DNA from: Phoronis australis
Lineage: Eukaryota > Animalia > Phoronida
Direction of reading: 5' to 3'
Length of the DNA: 64,000 nucleotides
Assembly (NCBI GenBank): GCA_002633005.1
Contig: NMRA01000145.1
Span: forward strand, 657,873-721,872
This document shows positions 24,801 to 39,800 of this stretch, piece after piece. The notes beneath the pieces are model-generated. The model ran no database searches and had not been told where the DNA came from. It saw nothing but the letters and a program-made list of their open reading frames with translations. The position numbers were made by a program, and so were the translations under genes. Each line of letters begins with the position of its first letter. The stretch's first letter is position 1.

Positions 24801-27800
24801 TATCCCTAACAAAAATGTCAGTCTCGTCTTGAGATGACAACAAGAGGGTAATTGTGGTTTTCAAGAGGTTTTTCTTGAAGTTAATGCTGGATTTACACTT
24901 TGTTGTTCAACTGTCTGAAAAAAACGTCACTCAGCCCATTCGAGATTGGTGGGCCTACAAGGATAGGTTTTGTTATTTTTAAGACACAAAGTATTTACGC
25001 GAATCAGAGTTTCAAAGGGCTGGCCAGTACATCCAAAACTTAACCGCTTCAATTCATTTGCAGGTTCTTTCAATATCAACGGTGTTGAGTGTTAAAATGT
25101 CATGACAAGGAAGTGCTAAGCCCAATTAGGCATAGTTTCATTTGAGTTGTAAACGGATATAAAGTGCTGTTTTAACTTAAGCATAATCTAGTTTCTTGCT
25201 TCATGCCATAATTTGCAATGAAAACAAGGAAATTCCTATGTACGTGTACGCGTACACGGAAATTCGCTAAAACAGTACCTTTTTATACTATGTTTTGCCA
25301 TTGACTGTTGTCCTAGAAACGTTATTATTTGGATATAACAACAGGGGAACTCGAATAGTACAATTGTTAAACAATTTATTACAACAAACTGTATATACAT
25401 TTCAAACGGTCAAGCATGTCATCATGTGCAGCTTGGGCCGGAGCACTTCGGGTATTTTCGTAGCCTCAAAGTTCCCCTCGGAGGAAAACTTTATCTGCAT
25501 TCACGAACTTCAGTTATACGGCGAGTCGTGTGACTTTCAAACTGGAGAATGATTGGCTGTATGTCTGAACCTCAAACATGCGCAGATAACGTTCACCGCT
25601 CAGGAAACTCGAGTCTACGGAAATACCCGAGGTGTTCCGTGTGGTGCAGGTTGATCGGCAACAGTTCAGTGGATATAAAGTGCCCACATTTTGATAACCA
25701 GTTGATACCCGTTATTCAGTGGAGAAAACTGGTTCTCAAAATGCAGGCACCTTATATCCGACTATATATTACGGATTGATCAGGTACATCCAAGACACCT
25801 TAGGTTTTTTCGTGGCCTCAGATTGGAGGCTACGAAAACACCCGAGGTCTTACGAGTGCATTAAGCAACTCAGAACTCACCTCTCGTGAAATAGGTACTG
25901 ATACAATATACCCAAGATTGCCATAAACCAGACGACGTATAATATTTGTGCGCCCCACTGCTTCAGATCTTTCAATGTAAGCCTGCAAATGAAACAAGAA
26001 CATTCAACTTCTAAGTTTAAAATAAACATTTTCAAGGCCAAAATGTTTACGTCGGCGGCACGAACAAAACAATTTTCAACGATGGATATTCCCACTTGGG
26101 GCTCGGATGAATCATAATCAGAGGAAGATCTGACAATACAAAAATACGAAAGGCATTTCATATTCCTCCGTGTTGCGAGCCCTCTGAACCCCTCTGGATC
26201 TACGTCTGCACAGCGATTCGGTGACTTTAAGAGTTCCCATTAACTCTTAAAGACATACACGTTCTTGGAATTACGTGTGAGACAACTTTCATTCAATACA
26301 CGTGTCGACAGTTTCGAGTTTGGCATGAATAACGAATGTGCGATTGCAAGCCACAGAATTTTTAAAATGAACAAGTGGCTTTTATATTGCGCTCCACAGG
26401 ACACGTCAGTAAAATACATATTTCATATTTCTCTTAAACTGGTAGATAAACGACCAATATAAAGCTTGATAATTCATTTATTACGTATGTGAAGATTGCT
26501 GGTTTGCAGGATCTCGGTTTCGCAGTATCATCGGTCACAACGATAAGACCACTAGACCGACAATCTAGAGATCTGTGGTTCGATTCCCAGTTGGGGTTTT
26601 TGATTTTTCTGTGTTTACTCGATTCACTATAGGCCAACATTAATAACTGTAATTTCTCTTAACGAGAGCCTAAAGTGGACTTAGTAAAAACTCGGTTGAC
26701 CTTGCAATCACCGACTCACATCATCGGCCTCTTAAATTCTCTCCAAAGTTCAACACACGAGTACGTAACAATCTTTTAAGATTTGGGAAAGGCATAATTG
26801 CAACCTTTTGACAATCTAATGGATATTTTTCGAAAAAAAAATATTAATTTGAACAGTTAAACAGACCTTACTCTCCCGTTGACTTGCTTTGGTAACGTAA
26901 AGACACGTGAATTTGTCTCTTTACTCTATCTCATTAATACCATACAATGGACGACACCGTGGACTCGTGTATACGGCAAAAAATTTAAATGCCAAAGAAT
27001 AAAAGGCTTAAAGATGCTATATCTCCATCGACACCTTCAAGTTAGCTAACACAAACGTCTAAAGTGTTTTCACGTGGCGTAGTCATCAGTGTAACACTGA
27101 CCATCACTACAATATGTTTGTACAGGTGTGAAGTAACAAATTAATATCTTGGCGTGCAAACGAAATGCGCAAAATTTGAGGTGTAAATTGCTTCATGGTT
27201 TCCAAAGTTCGTGCTTTTGTGACGTGCCGCGGAGCTTGCAAGCTATGAAAAAGCTATCGATAATATTTTGCTCGTGCATCTCGCAGATTTTGCCTGTAAC
27301 CTTCTTACATTGTAATAACAATCTACAGATATTGATTGAAATTCAGACTTCGGTCTCGGTGTCTTCCCGTTCTCGCTCCAAGTTTGACAAAAATACCGGA
27401 CATGTTAACACATCATTTTAAGCTTTCCGAAAAGTCAGTTTGCTGTCCATTATTACACACCACGATACTACGTCATCTCAGTACGTACCAAGGCGTGTAC
27501 GAGGCCGCTATGAATACATAAATCACAGCCCTGTCACCAATATGAAAGACGTTCTTTAGGTTTCTGAAAAAAAAAATGAAATGAAAAGCTTATAATTGGT
27601 AATTATATACATATAGCATGCATACCATTGCACAACACATTTCATTAATAATTCGTGTCGGTACTTTGAATCACAATTTTCCTTTCTATTCCCAACCACA
27701 CTTTCATGGTAACATTTCCTCCATTTGAAATTACGGTCTAATCGCGGCAACGCAATAATTTACGATTGCTGCAAAACGTCAACAAGGGGTTTAATTTACA

Positions 27801-30800
27801 CTAGTTATAACTTTACAGATGTGGTGATTACCTCTATCACAACCTCCTGATGGCGATGTGGTAACAGCATTTCTAAAATCTATTGCGGGTCCAAATCTCT
27901 CCCCTGTTTACATTGGAACGATATTTCCGTCGGTCATTTCTCAATCCATCCTCAGGTGTGACAGCGTTCTGAGTCACAGAAAAAAAGCACGGGTATGCCG
28001 TACACTTATGGTGGTCAATGATGAGCGATTATCGAATTTTGGAGATATTCGGTGGTCTGTTGGTGAGCGCGGTGTAAAGACAACCGAAAGGTCTGTAGTT
28101 CAAATCCCACGTCCATCGTAAACATGTTCATCATTGACGACCATGAGAGCATTCCTTACCCGTTCTCGCTCTGCTAAGACAACCCAGTAACACCTAAACC
28201 GAGAAATGACTGACCGAGACGTGGTGCCGATGTATATAGAATAAAAGTTGGCGTACTAGAACCAGTTCCTAGACTAGACTGACAGATTTCGGAAATGACA
28301 GTTCTATTGTTAGTCATAGTCTCTATCAACAGAGATATTTATCGATGTCTATAGACTTATTATTTTCACGCATAGAAATAATAATTCTACTGACAGAGTT
28401 AGTACTGCAGAAAAAAATCCCGTGCTGAACCTCTGCAGCAACAGTACATGTCCCTCTAGTGTGCGGCGACCTTAGTGTTCAGAAATAGAAATCGATAACC
28501 ATATAATCTCGTCAAAAGTTCTTGTCGTGATCATTTTAAAAGTCATTGGCAAGGATATGAGCTATTGTCTTTATGAGCTTAAGGCCAGAAATGCGACCTT
28601 CAATAAAGCAATTAACATGCAAAATCAATAAAAATAGAGTAACGTGTCGTTTGCTAGTCGCTCTAGGCAGCTGTATGTTACTAGACAGGCGACAACAAGC
28701 AATGCCTGCAGAATGAGCCATTTTGTGAAACAACTTCATTAATCAAAAAGAGATGTCGTGTTTGTTCACTTGTTTTGCCCTTTTCCTTTTTAGAATTCTC
28801 CAAAATTGACACTCATCAGTAGCCCACGAATTACGCATGCGCAATTCAATCACCGTGGTAACTTAGCATATATATCTAAATCCCACTTTTCATGACAACA
28901 GGAAAATGATACACACAATTTTTGTTAGGTGTTATGACAAATGATGGGTGTTGCTCCGTAGACTATCCTCTTCGCGTACATGAACAATAAAGTTCTTTAC
29001 AATAACGTCACAGAGCGAGGATCGAAAATGACAAGTTTTCCACCAAAATAATTACTGCGGATGATACGACTTCAATTAATTTAAACGATGATGAAAAAGC
29101 CCGTGAAGTGACACGACAGATCAAAGCAAGGAAATGATTGTGCTCTTGAAGTAAAACAAATCCATTAAAGCCAGGTGGAGTATCCTGTTGACGTGCTGCG
29201 ATAGAACAACTAATTTGATAATCTATTCTCGCTTTAACTGTTCCTGAAATATTTTATCTCACGAAAAGATCGATATTCACAATTATTATAATGCATGTAA
29301 TTCAAGGCTGTTCAGTTTATGTATTAAGTATGGTCGCTTGATTGACTGATAAGCATAAAACCTGAAATCTGGATTTGACGTTTGTTTATGGACAAACAGC
29401 TTACGTAAAAAATAATTAAAGGTAGGTAAAACGACACGCAGACTAAATTGCATCAACTCTTTCACGAATAGCCCGTTTGTCCCCGTTGCGCCATGTCACT
29501 ACTGGAACCAAGAACTTTTCCCTGTCAGAGAGTGATAATGGAGTGAAAGATAACTGAAATTTTTACGAATCACACTCACGTACATGTAAGTGGTGTCGTT
29601 TGAGGTTTTCTTGTTTTACTGAACTTGACTACAAGCTCTATTCTGGTGGGTTTGCAGATCCAAGTGACCATGCGGTCACATGTCAAAAAGGAAAGATGGT
29701 GAACATGGGCTCTTTTAAACTGTGGGACTTTGGTAAAAAGTCTCTAAGACCTTAACGTTTGAGCTGGATTCACACGACCATGAATTAAAATGGTTTAGCT
29801 AAGACGTACTAGTAAAAACGGTTCAGTGTAAATGTGTTCTGTTCACAAGACAAATGAACTTGATATTGCTAAAACGTTTAAAACGGAGTTGGACGACAGC
29901 TGCCCGTCGCAGCATGAAATGTGTATTCGCGTTAATTTACACCTACGTGAGTACGGAACAAGTTGAGACCTGGGTCCGGGGTCTAATCGTTTAACTCGAA
30001 ACGAAAACGATCTCGAAAATATTCTTCAAACTTTCCTTTCTCCTCAAACGTTATATCCAGATAATTATCTATTAGTCTGTGCTCAAGTATATTATGGTTT
30101 ACGTAACCGGGTGTATAATTCAAATTAGCATTCGATGATCCCTAGATTCCCGCTGCAAACTCGAGATTTCGAGTAAAATCTCGAGATTTCGAGATCATAC
30201 TACTCCACTAATACTCGGGTCTTTGGGCTCGAAATAATATTAATTACCGATATTTAAACGATTTCCGCTAATTTTATTTGTGCGAACTCAAGGCAAACCG
30301 TCAATTCTGTGCTTGAGTACATTAGGGTTACTTTGAACTTGATGACTCCAAAATTAAAGCTACAAGCTCCAGTCTGATCACGAAATCTCGAGTTTTTACT
30401 CGAGTTTGTAGCTCGAATCTAGGTGTCATCAAGTGCAAAATTGGACTGTACACTCACGTGCGTAAACCAAAATGTAATCGAGTACATTTATCTTGTGTTG
30501 TAAAGTTGAACGGAAAATGTCAGAAATGATTTCGAGTTCGCTTTCGAGAACAGAGCTAAGACTCCGGACTCGGTATAGTAATAGAAATTTAAATGGTCTG
30601 AATCCGAATTTAGTATTTTGACAGAAGGTGGGTTCATGGCACCTTTAACTTTCGGATTTGATTGAGTACAGCCGCGGTTTTAACTAATGAAAAGCGATTA
30701 AAAGATTAAATACTTTCAGAAATGCTAATCCATCAACTATCAGGAGCAGCCGTTAAATAATTAAATTTTGCTTGGATATGTCTGGTCGTAGTCTCTTCTT

Positions 30801-33800
30801 AAATGATATGACCATCAAACTCTTCCGAAGGCTTTTAGTGAAACGGCAGTCTTCATTGGTAAAGATGTTGTAAGGATAAACTAAGCACACCTCTAACGAT
30901 TTTCGATAGGAGCAATTTCATTAATGGATGGTGTTACCTACACGATGAGAAATCATTGTTTTCTCAACAGTTTCAACCAAGCGGCTCATTTATACGGAAA
31001 TATCCGTCACACTCGCTACAAAATGCAAATTCTAAATCCTGATAGAGAAACATTTTCACGCTCATACAGAAGCAAAAGTCAAGTAAAGAAAAGTGTAAAA
31101 ATGCTAGTTTTATAGGCGGATGCAGAGGATGGATCAAAAGGCCAGCGGCGTGACATTGTCATCGGTAGCCCCAACGTTTTCCTTCGGATAGGGTTCACCT
31201 TGCGACATCCCACTAGTAGACTAGCAAATTTTGACAGGGTTAGTCAATGCTTCCACCATTTGACTGCTTTACATAATCCAGGAAACATTTGTTGCCATAG
31301 CGACGGGTTATTCCGCCACAATGATTGGCATGTTTCTTTAAAGGCGCATTACGCCGCTGTTTCGCCGTCGCCCTTGAATTCATAACCGAGGCGTTTGAAT
31401 TTTTGCAGTATCAGCCAGCAACTCAAGTTAGGCATCGTGTAAATGCGCCATTTCCGACTTCGCGATTTTAGTGTTGGCTAACCCCAATTAACTTTAATGC
31501 GTTTTCTTGACTCACGGGTGTTTTTGATGTCTTTGTTGGTAACGGAAATCAATTGCTATAACTGAAACAACCATCATGAGATTGCTACAGTAAGAATGAT
31601 TAGATTTCTTGTAAGAAAACTAAATGATTTTTACTGATACCGCATCAGCGCTCTGATTTACAACACCACTTTTATATTGAGAAACTGATTTTAGGAGGTT
31701 AAGTGGCTTAATTCATTTTCCGTTTCTGGCAGCTAAACTCTGAGGAAATGTAGTTTTGATTAGGCCAGTAACACGGGGGGAATAATGCAAATCTGTATTG
31801 CAGGCCTTGAACTTCAGTACGTTCCGACCTCCGGCTGATCTTCCTCAGTTATAGATGGCTAGGAAAATAATTTTGGTTCTGGTTGTGCCCGATTTATTTC
31901 TGTAGCTGTTAAAAATAAGAAAGCGCCAATCTGCAACATATTTTCAAATTTATTTTTTCTCAAAAGCCTCATTAGCTCACTCAACTTAGTTAAGTAATGG
32001 CTAGTCAGCTCCGTCTGCTGCAGTCACCGCCTTAAATGATTGTGAATCAGAGTGGCGTAGGAAGATTTTCTTTAAGCCAGTTCCTCACCTATTTAGTACA
32101 CAATATGGCTGACAAGAGAAATTTTATTCTGTCAAATTTCTTAACAAAAATACGGAATAAGAAAATGTTAACCTTTTACTACGTTGGCTTCTACTGAATG
32201 ACCGTTATACAATGGCATTAGTTAAATTTCCGTTGTTGGTAGTAAGGTAATCAGGAGTAAAAAACGATAATTTTGGCACTTGCTTTTGTGCGATATAAGT
32301 GAACTACCGTAATGGGGGCGAAGGAAATGGAAGACCCCCGCTTGCCGGTAGCATTACAGCCAGTCGGGTCACCCCGGTAGCTAGTTTGGTCTTCGTAAAA
32401 CAACGAATTCACTGAATTCGTTTTTGAATACACAATTGAAAACACATTTCAAAACAGCCGCAGACCAGAACGAAAGATACTTTTTGACACGTTTCATAAG
32501 ACGAGCAGACGAGTGTGTCATAAATTAGGACTGTAGGCGATTTTTTCAATTTGATTGAAGGTAAGATGACACTTCTCAGGAATCTAAATAAAACACTGCA
32601 CGTTTCAGGTAATGCTTGGTTTCAGTTACAGCAATATTTTATTAAAGCCACACGCAGCGATAATTACGCCAACGTTAAAAGCGCCCATAGCGTGAAATGC
32701 ATAGAATTACGTTCGCAAAGGAACGCAGCCTTGTGAGTAGACCGCTTTCAGCTTGAAAACACGTCAATAACTTGTCGCATGTCTGTGCTTGCCTGACAAA
32801 CATGGTGGTTGATTCGACATTGGATTCTCATGCCGGCCCAACCGGATTTTTTGTGGCTGAAGCCTACTGCAGAATTCGGCCTTACTAGTTTAAAATAAAA
32901 TAAGCATTTCAAATATTAGAAGCTAAAGCACTGTCGTAAAGTGTATGTGATGTCTGTGTACAAACCCCGTTGGTAAAAATAATTGCATTTCTTTGCGACC
33001 CGAGTGCAGGTGAACTTAAAAGCGGCACGTCCACTGTACTTTCTTGAAAAAACATGATGAACACTACTTTCAAAACTAAGAGAGGTCACCTTTAACTGAA
33101 TTTTGATGGCATCCATATCGACTTTCACGTTTGCCAATGTCTGTTCTTATCGTGGTACGTTTTAGACATTTTCCAAACAGATTTTGCGTGGTTGACAAGG
33201 CTGGTTTAAATTTTTATTTTAGCTTATTAGTGAGGAAGAACTGTCTGCGCATGAACAGCAATTTCAGCAAATTTACAAAGTATAGGCCATAGATAGTTAT
33301 TCTGTTATTTCCGTCATTTGTCGTTAAACTAACCAATTCATGCAAAAATCATGGTCAGCCCTGAACTTTATCAATAACAGTGGATTGACAAGCCTTTACG
33401 CAAGGAATCAAACAGTAAGCCCTTGTCTCTATCACAATCGTTGCAGAAGTCCCAGCATTAGTGATTTCGAAACGGCCATCTTGGAAATTACGCAGTTTCA
33501 ACCATTTCCGGTGATCAGTTTTTAGTAGATTTTTTCTAGTTGAGTATGTCTAATACGTACAAAAACGGTTGAAATTATTTGTTGTATTTTTGTGGGTCAG
33601 TTCGTTTACTGACCATGCAGTTGACTTACCTGAATTTCCCTGTGTACGAAATGGTATGAAATGTTGTGGAGATGGTGAAGAGAGCGAGGAGAGCGCAACC
33701 ATAGACCAGAGACATGGCGTACTGGAGAGGAGTGTGAGCCAATTCCAACATCCAAATCAGAGCAAGCGTGCTGGGCATGATGAGGAGCTAGAACGGAAAT

Positions 33801-36800
33801 GACGTGAACCTAAGCAGAACTTCAACCACGAATCTCAAACACTATGAGTCTGTAGTCAGAACAACTGACGTGTTGACCGATACCGACAAACCCGCCTTCT
33901 GTACTAACAACATATGGTTTAGACCATGTACTGCCATTAAACTGGTGACAAAACTTGTTCCAGCCCTCAATACCATGGCTTGTCATTCTATGTGTTGGGC
34001 ATGGTCTAAAGTAATCGCGAGTTCCCACATCTTCCCAAGCCTAAAATCATTTATTATCTGAGTAAATAACAAGTTAAGATCAGTTTAACAAGTGGTAAAA
34101 TCAAATTTTTGACGGAAGACAGGAACATATTGTTGCTTTAATATACCGGGTATAATATCGCGAAGATTTGAGTTAAAAAACACTGTCGGCCTACTTCGTC
34201 GTAATGTGAAGCAAGCTTGTGACGAGACTCGGGACGGAAATGAGGTCAGGGAACATTTGAGGTCCTCGGGAGATTACACTAGTAGTCAAAATATAATCAT
34301 AAAATCACCTTTTGATGACATAATTTGATACAAAAAGAGTATTCTTGTCTACATGTACACAAAGAGCCTATACGCATTAATTAAAACCCTTTCTACAGAA
34401 TGAGGATATTGACGGCATGACTGAAACTTTCGCAAACTACGAAAATGATGATGCCGACATCATGTGATGATAACGACGGCAATGATGTGGCCAGCAACCA
34501 TGACATGGACAATGCGGGTCATGAAGCACGTGGTCACACTAGCGTACAGGAATGACTTGCGTCTACGGAACGCGCATGCGTCCCTGGCAATGGTGGTTAT
34601 GACTATGACAACATCCATTGAGATGACGCTACTGAAGGACGGGAACAATGACAGCATCTTTAATTTTAGGCCTTGGTTTTGTACACAGAAAAAATTAAAA
34701 ACACGACACGGTCAAGCCGAAGTCACAACTTTCAAACTCAAACCATTCCATGCGCGCACCCAGCCTTTAATATGGGGGGACTCGAATTCCTGACTAAGTG
34801 GACCTTTTGCTAACAAAAAGCGGGAGAACTTAAACAAATAAAAAAACGGGGTACCACCTTCAGAACTATGCGTCTGCGCCTTTTTAGTGGACTTTTGTCT
34901 CATTTTCTCGGACTTTTTGTTTCTCTGAGGCGGACCTTTTTGCCCAATTCGCCAAATGGGGGGGCTCGTTCGAGCCCTTCCCCGAGTGTGCACATGCATT
35001 CAAGCTGGAGGAATGAAGATTTCGGAATCCGTTGAAGTAGTCTTTCCAGGAATTAATTCCATTCGGCCGGTGCTGTTGATATTATGCACAATTTGGGGTA
35101 ATAGTGTGATATAACGTGTCGGCATTTTATGAACCATTTGACGCCAGTTATTCAGAGGAGAAAACTAGTTCTCAAAATGTGGGCACGTTATACCCGTCAA
35201 TAGCAACGCCGATCTTTCCTGCTCAAAAGTTCCACCCCGCTGCACGGAGTTTAAAAAATCTGACTGAGTTTAAAAAATCTGACTGCGCATGGCAGGCATG
35301 CGGTGAGGAAGCCGTGCAATTGTTCGCCACTCCTGCTAAAGCTATTAGCTCGTTATTTTCAAATTGCATGCGGAATAACTGTTATCTCTCAGGCGCACAA
35401 GGCTACTTACTCCGTGCGTCAACACGTTGGCAACATGCTCTATATTAGTCGGGATGTACGCCTGGCCGGGTTTTGCTCGAGTATTCATCAACCTGGAATG
35501 AGATAAAAGAAAACTCAACGCAGATTCTCAAGCAACTCCTACGTTTACTCGTTAAACCCTTCGATTAGGTTCATTGCCCGAGCGACTGTAGCCATTCTGC
35601 GAATCTTTTACTGAGATTTTTCTTTGCGGACACAACTGAAGTCAAAGAAATATGCGAGTCAAGAATTCAAACAGCGACACGCAAGGAAAACTTTGCATTG
35701 TTCTCAGGTCATGATTTCGTCCGAGTAGGCGCACTGCAAATACTTTTCAACTGCATACATGTCTCAACATCTCTTGATGACTTCACTGTAGGCGTACTAC
35801 AAAGACTCGGGTTTATTTTTGCTGACAGTAGAATCCAACCTCACGAGTGCGTTCAAAAACAGTTTGCTACAAGTGAACATTCAACATTAATCAATGAGCT
35901 CGAAAATCCATTTGGAAAACATTAGCTGTGTAATTAAGTTACGGTAAAACATCGCTTTAACACACACAGACATATGTTACATTTGCACAACCATACAACA
36001 ATAGCATGTGCCGGACTTGTATTTATTTTCCTGAGGCATAGCTGGGTGGCGGGAGACAGCGTGTTTGTGATACCCCAGTTGCGACAGCAGAAACGTGATT
36101 ATATTAGCTTCATTGGATCCGTCTCAAGAACAATCCCAAATAGGCGCTCAACTAAGTTCGGTAAATCTAGTGGACTTGTGAAAACACGATTGTCCTTCCA
36201 TGTAGTGTTTTAATTTCATTCATCTTTTAACTTTCGATAGAAATCGAGAGTGAAATCGACGTTGAATTCTTTATGTTACAGAAAATGAGTAGGGGTCTTT
36301 TCAAGCATCACCCATAAAAGTCCCTTCATAATTTCGTTGAACTACGGGCTCAGTTTTTAGTCATATTGTTAGAAAATGTCATTAGTCAAAAAGGAGCGAA
36401 CAATGAGAATAAAACGATAGAAAGAGAAAGATATCACGTGTGAGTAAAGAACATCACAAATAGGAAAAAGATTTAATGAAACTAATTGAGCCCGTATTTC
36501 GGATCTTTTAATGCAACTGGGCACTTGGGCCTGTTTCATGAAAAGTCACTTACGACTTACTTAGGCGAGGGAAATTTGGTGTTACGCTCCCACTTAAATT
36601 TCTGAATAAAGATTTAGCCAAGTAATTAAGAGTGCATCACAGTCTAGAAATAATTTACTAAATAGCAGGTATGTGGATATTCTAAGAGACCGTGCACCTT
36701 TGATCAAGTGGGATTTTCTAGTTTTTTCAGAAATACCTGAGTGGAGCGCCGTAAGACCAAATTTCTGACTTAAAATTTAAGTTGCCTTTCCTGGAATAGA

Positions 36801-39800
36801 CTTCAAGTAACTATTGCTTTGAGATTGACGTATTCATATATAAACTACAGTGTATTGCTTTGCATGTAAAATCAAACCTAATAACTAACTTTGCATTAGC
36901 AGTGCCGATTGGCTGAGATGTTTCTGTTGCAATGCATTCTGGGATATAATTTCTGTGCATGGGACCGTGAACACTCGAGTTTCCACAAGCCATGGCAAAA
37001 TTGTGGCATTTTTTTTGATTTTCAAGTTGCGTACTTGTATCAGAAAGTAAATATAATTTACAGCTGGTCGGTACATTGTCCTAACTACGGCGAACCTCAA
37101 TTATCTCTGACTGGAACTCATCTTTTGGTGCCGGGGGCCCGGGAGCCGGTACATTAGTACAGCCCTCACACGCTTTCCCTTCCTTTACACAGATAGAAAT
37201 TTTACCGTATTGAAACGATGCAACATCAAGCCTAGCTCGACCGTGATAGCTCACTGACGTTGCCTGTTCTATTCACAACAGAACTCAAAACGATTGCACT
37301 AACGAAGTTACTTTGTTTATACGAACCTAAAAATCGGCAAACTATAATCAAATGCTTCTTACAAAAACATTTTGGGAGAGCACGCAGCGAATGACTCGTT
37401 TTGATAACCCCGATATCAATAAAAGAAAACAATTAAAACACAAAAACAAAACCAGGAGTGTGGCATTTCTCGATATGTATTATATGTTTAGCCATTTCCA
37501 TGCGTATTTGATTTGTCGGTTGCGAACCTAGAGGAAATTCAAGGAATACAAGTTCACGTGTGTGTATTGCAGCAATTAAGGACACTCTTTATGTTGGAAC
37601 TGGACAACTGTTTAAATTAGGTGCAAAAGCTAGAAGATGGGGTCAACTGTGAAATGTTTTCTAGCTTCTCAAACATTTCTTGGGATTCCTGGAGTAAAAA
37701 AAGACCACTAAACCCAGTGAAATCATTTCTTGGTGCTCATATTTTGTAATATTTCTCTAAACATTTTGGAACACCTTTATGTCGCATCGATGGCGGGGGC
37801 CCACCGCGATAAGTCACAATCAAAACAAGACACTACGGCCTTACCCATTTTTCAGCCTGAAAGAGGAAGCAATATGTCGCCACGTCTCTATCTCCTAGTG
37901 GCTGGTGGTTCCTTATCTGTGGGCTCCAATATTCACTCAAAATTGTCAACGCTAAGTAATCTCTCGTGTATGTCTTTATTCCAGTGCGAACAGAAATTAA
38001 ATCTAATTCAAACTTAGTCAGCACATGAATTTCAAAAAAATATCAGTTATGCAAGATATTAAAAATAGCATTTAGAAAGGGGGTTTCAAGCAGATTTGAA
38101 TGTTTAATCGGAAAACCAACGGAAGTGGCGAATTACTGGTTGTCTTTGGAACAATTTGGTAAGAGATTCTCAGACTACACCGCGTCAAGTTTTCGTAGAA
38201 ACGATACAGGCTTGTATAAAAGAGCGTCCAGGAAGTTTTGGCTCGGCCACTTTTGTGTTGCTGCAATGACGAAATATGAAGTGTGCCCTCCCCGCCCCTT
38301 TGCGACCCACAGATTGGTTCCTTTTATGTTAGGAGACAACCTCTCGGCAAATTAGGTCACCTTTGGTTCGGGTGAGTACTATTCATCGGTCGAACTGTCT
38401 GTCGGGTGTGTTTTGGTTTCCAAGAGCGGCGGCCCTTTCTGTAATAGTGTAATGCCCCCCGTCGTCTACGGTCGTCTGACACCAAGTACAGATACGAGTA
38501 ATGTCATTAAATTCCCTAGAACCAGAGATTCATTCCTAAAGAAAGACAACGCATCTCTCCTACGTTCTGTCATACATTCCTCATGGGATCTCTCGCTACT
38601 TCGTCCAGCGCCATGCATTATTCACGACACCCTGATAAGGTATTAAACTATAATCCAGACATAATGAGAGAATTATAATTTGAGCCAGCTAGGCTATAGC
38701 ACAGCACAGCAACACCGAAATGAGTTCAACAAAATCTCAGATCCCCAACCTGGGCCCAGGGTCAATCTCCGAACTCAGCCGACCCTAAGCTAATGGTGTC
38801 GATTGCACGAGCACAAAGTACGCTCTACCATTGGTTAATTTTCGAGTTGAGTTCGAGTACAGAGACCCGGGTCCTGGCCAAAGAGTAAATCTGGGACGAA
38901 TGTCACTCAGTCCGAGACGACTGCACCAGTAAGCTTTTTGCACGACAATTACCTTGGATTCCGAACTGCTATATTATTCTCTGTCATCTCACTCAGACAT
39001 GTCTGTATCGTGGTAAACATTACCGCTGTCAACTGTCATTGCCCCTCGTCATTTTCGTCTTGGCGGCTCTTATCAACTCATTTCCTCAAAATGTTTTGAA
39101 CATGAGCGAACGACTTATAAAAGGAATTCGCATACATAAACCTGTGAGCTAGCAACGTCGCATTGGCCTTCTGTTGTGCCATTTCATTTATCCCTCTCAG
39201 CTGACGGTTGTTTTGTGAAAACGCTGTTAACATTCCGTTATAATCCATTGCGTTTTGTTGAGGTATTGTGTTTGTGGTTGTACGGGGCTATTAGTTGTTC
39301 ATTCAACGACAAATATGCTTGTTTATATAACGTCGGGAAGAGGTCTGTTGTGTGCGGAGGCAGGCTTACGGGATCATTGGCGTAGTCGCGGTTGGGGGCC
39401 TGGGCCAGGAACACAGGGCCATGCCTTGTTACTGCAAAAAAATCCTTCCGCCATTTGAATTGCATTTCAATTTCACGGGTCCTGTTCATAGCAAACTGTC
39501 GTGCCCACGGTGCCATTTCAGCCCCCTTCCCACTCGCGTCCCAATATGAGCTCTGCCAGTGCACACAGTACGCATGACCAAACCCGTAGGGCCTCGCTAC
39601 TCGCGTACGCGAATACATACGTGCACATATACATGTACATATATACACACATGCATGCATACGCATACATACTAACACACATACATATCGCACATTTATA
39701 TATGCAATTAATGTCTTTTTAATGCTCTTTGCTCAGTCAAAATTTTTGAAGTTGGTCCGCGTTTCTATACATGATAGATGAAACGTTACGTACCTGTGAT

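Noticed and set aside
27063-27108. Hammerhead-like CTGATGA...GAAA on the - strand
   Set aside because: Stems I-III cannot be formed around the core in the required register
34441-34660. Met/Thr-rich ORFs
   Set aside because: Degenerate (GAT/GAC) trinucleotide-like low-complexity sequence in an MMD intron
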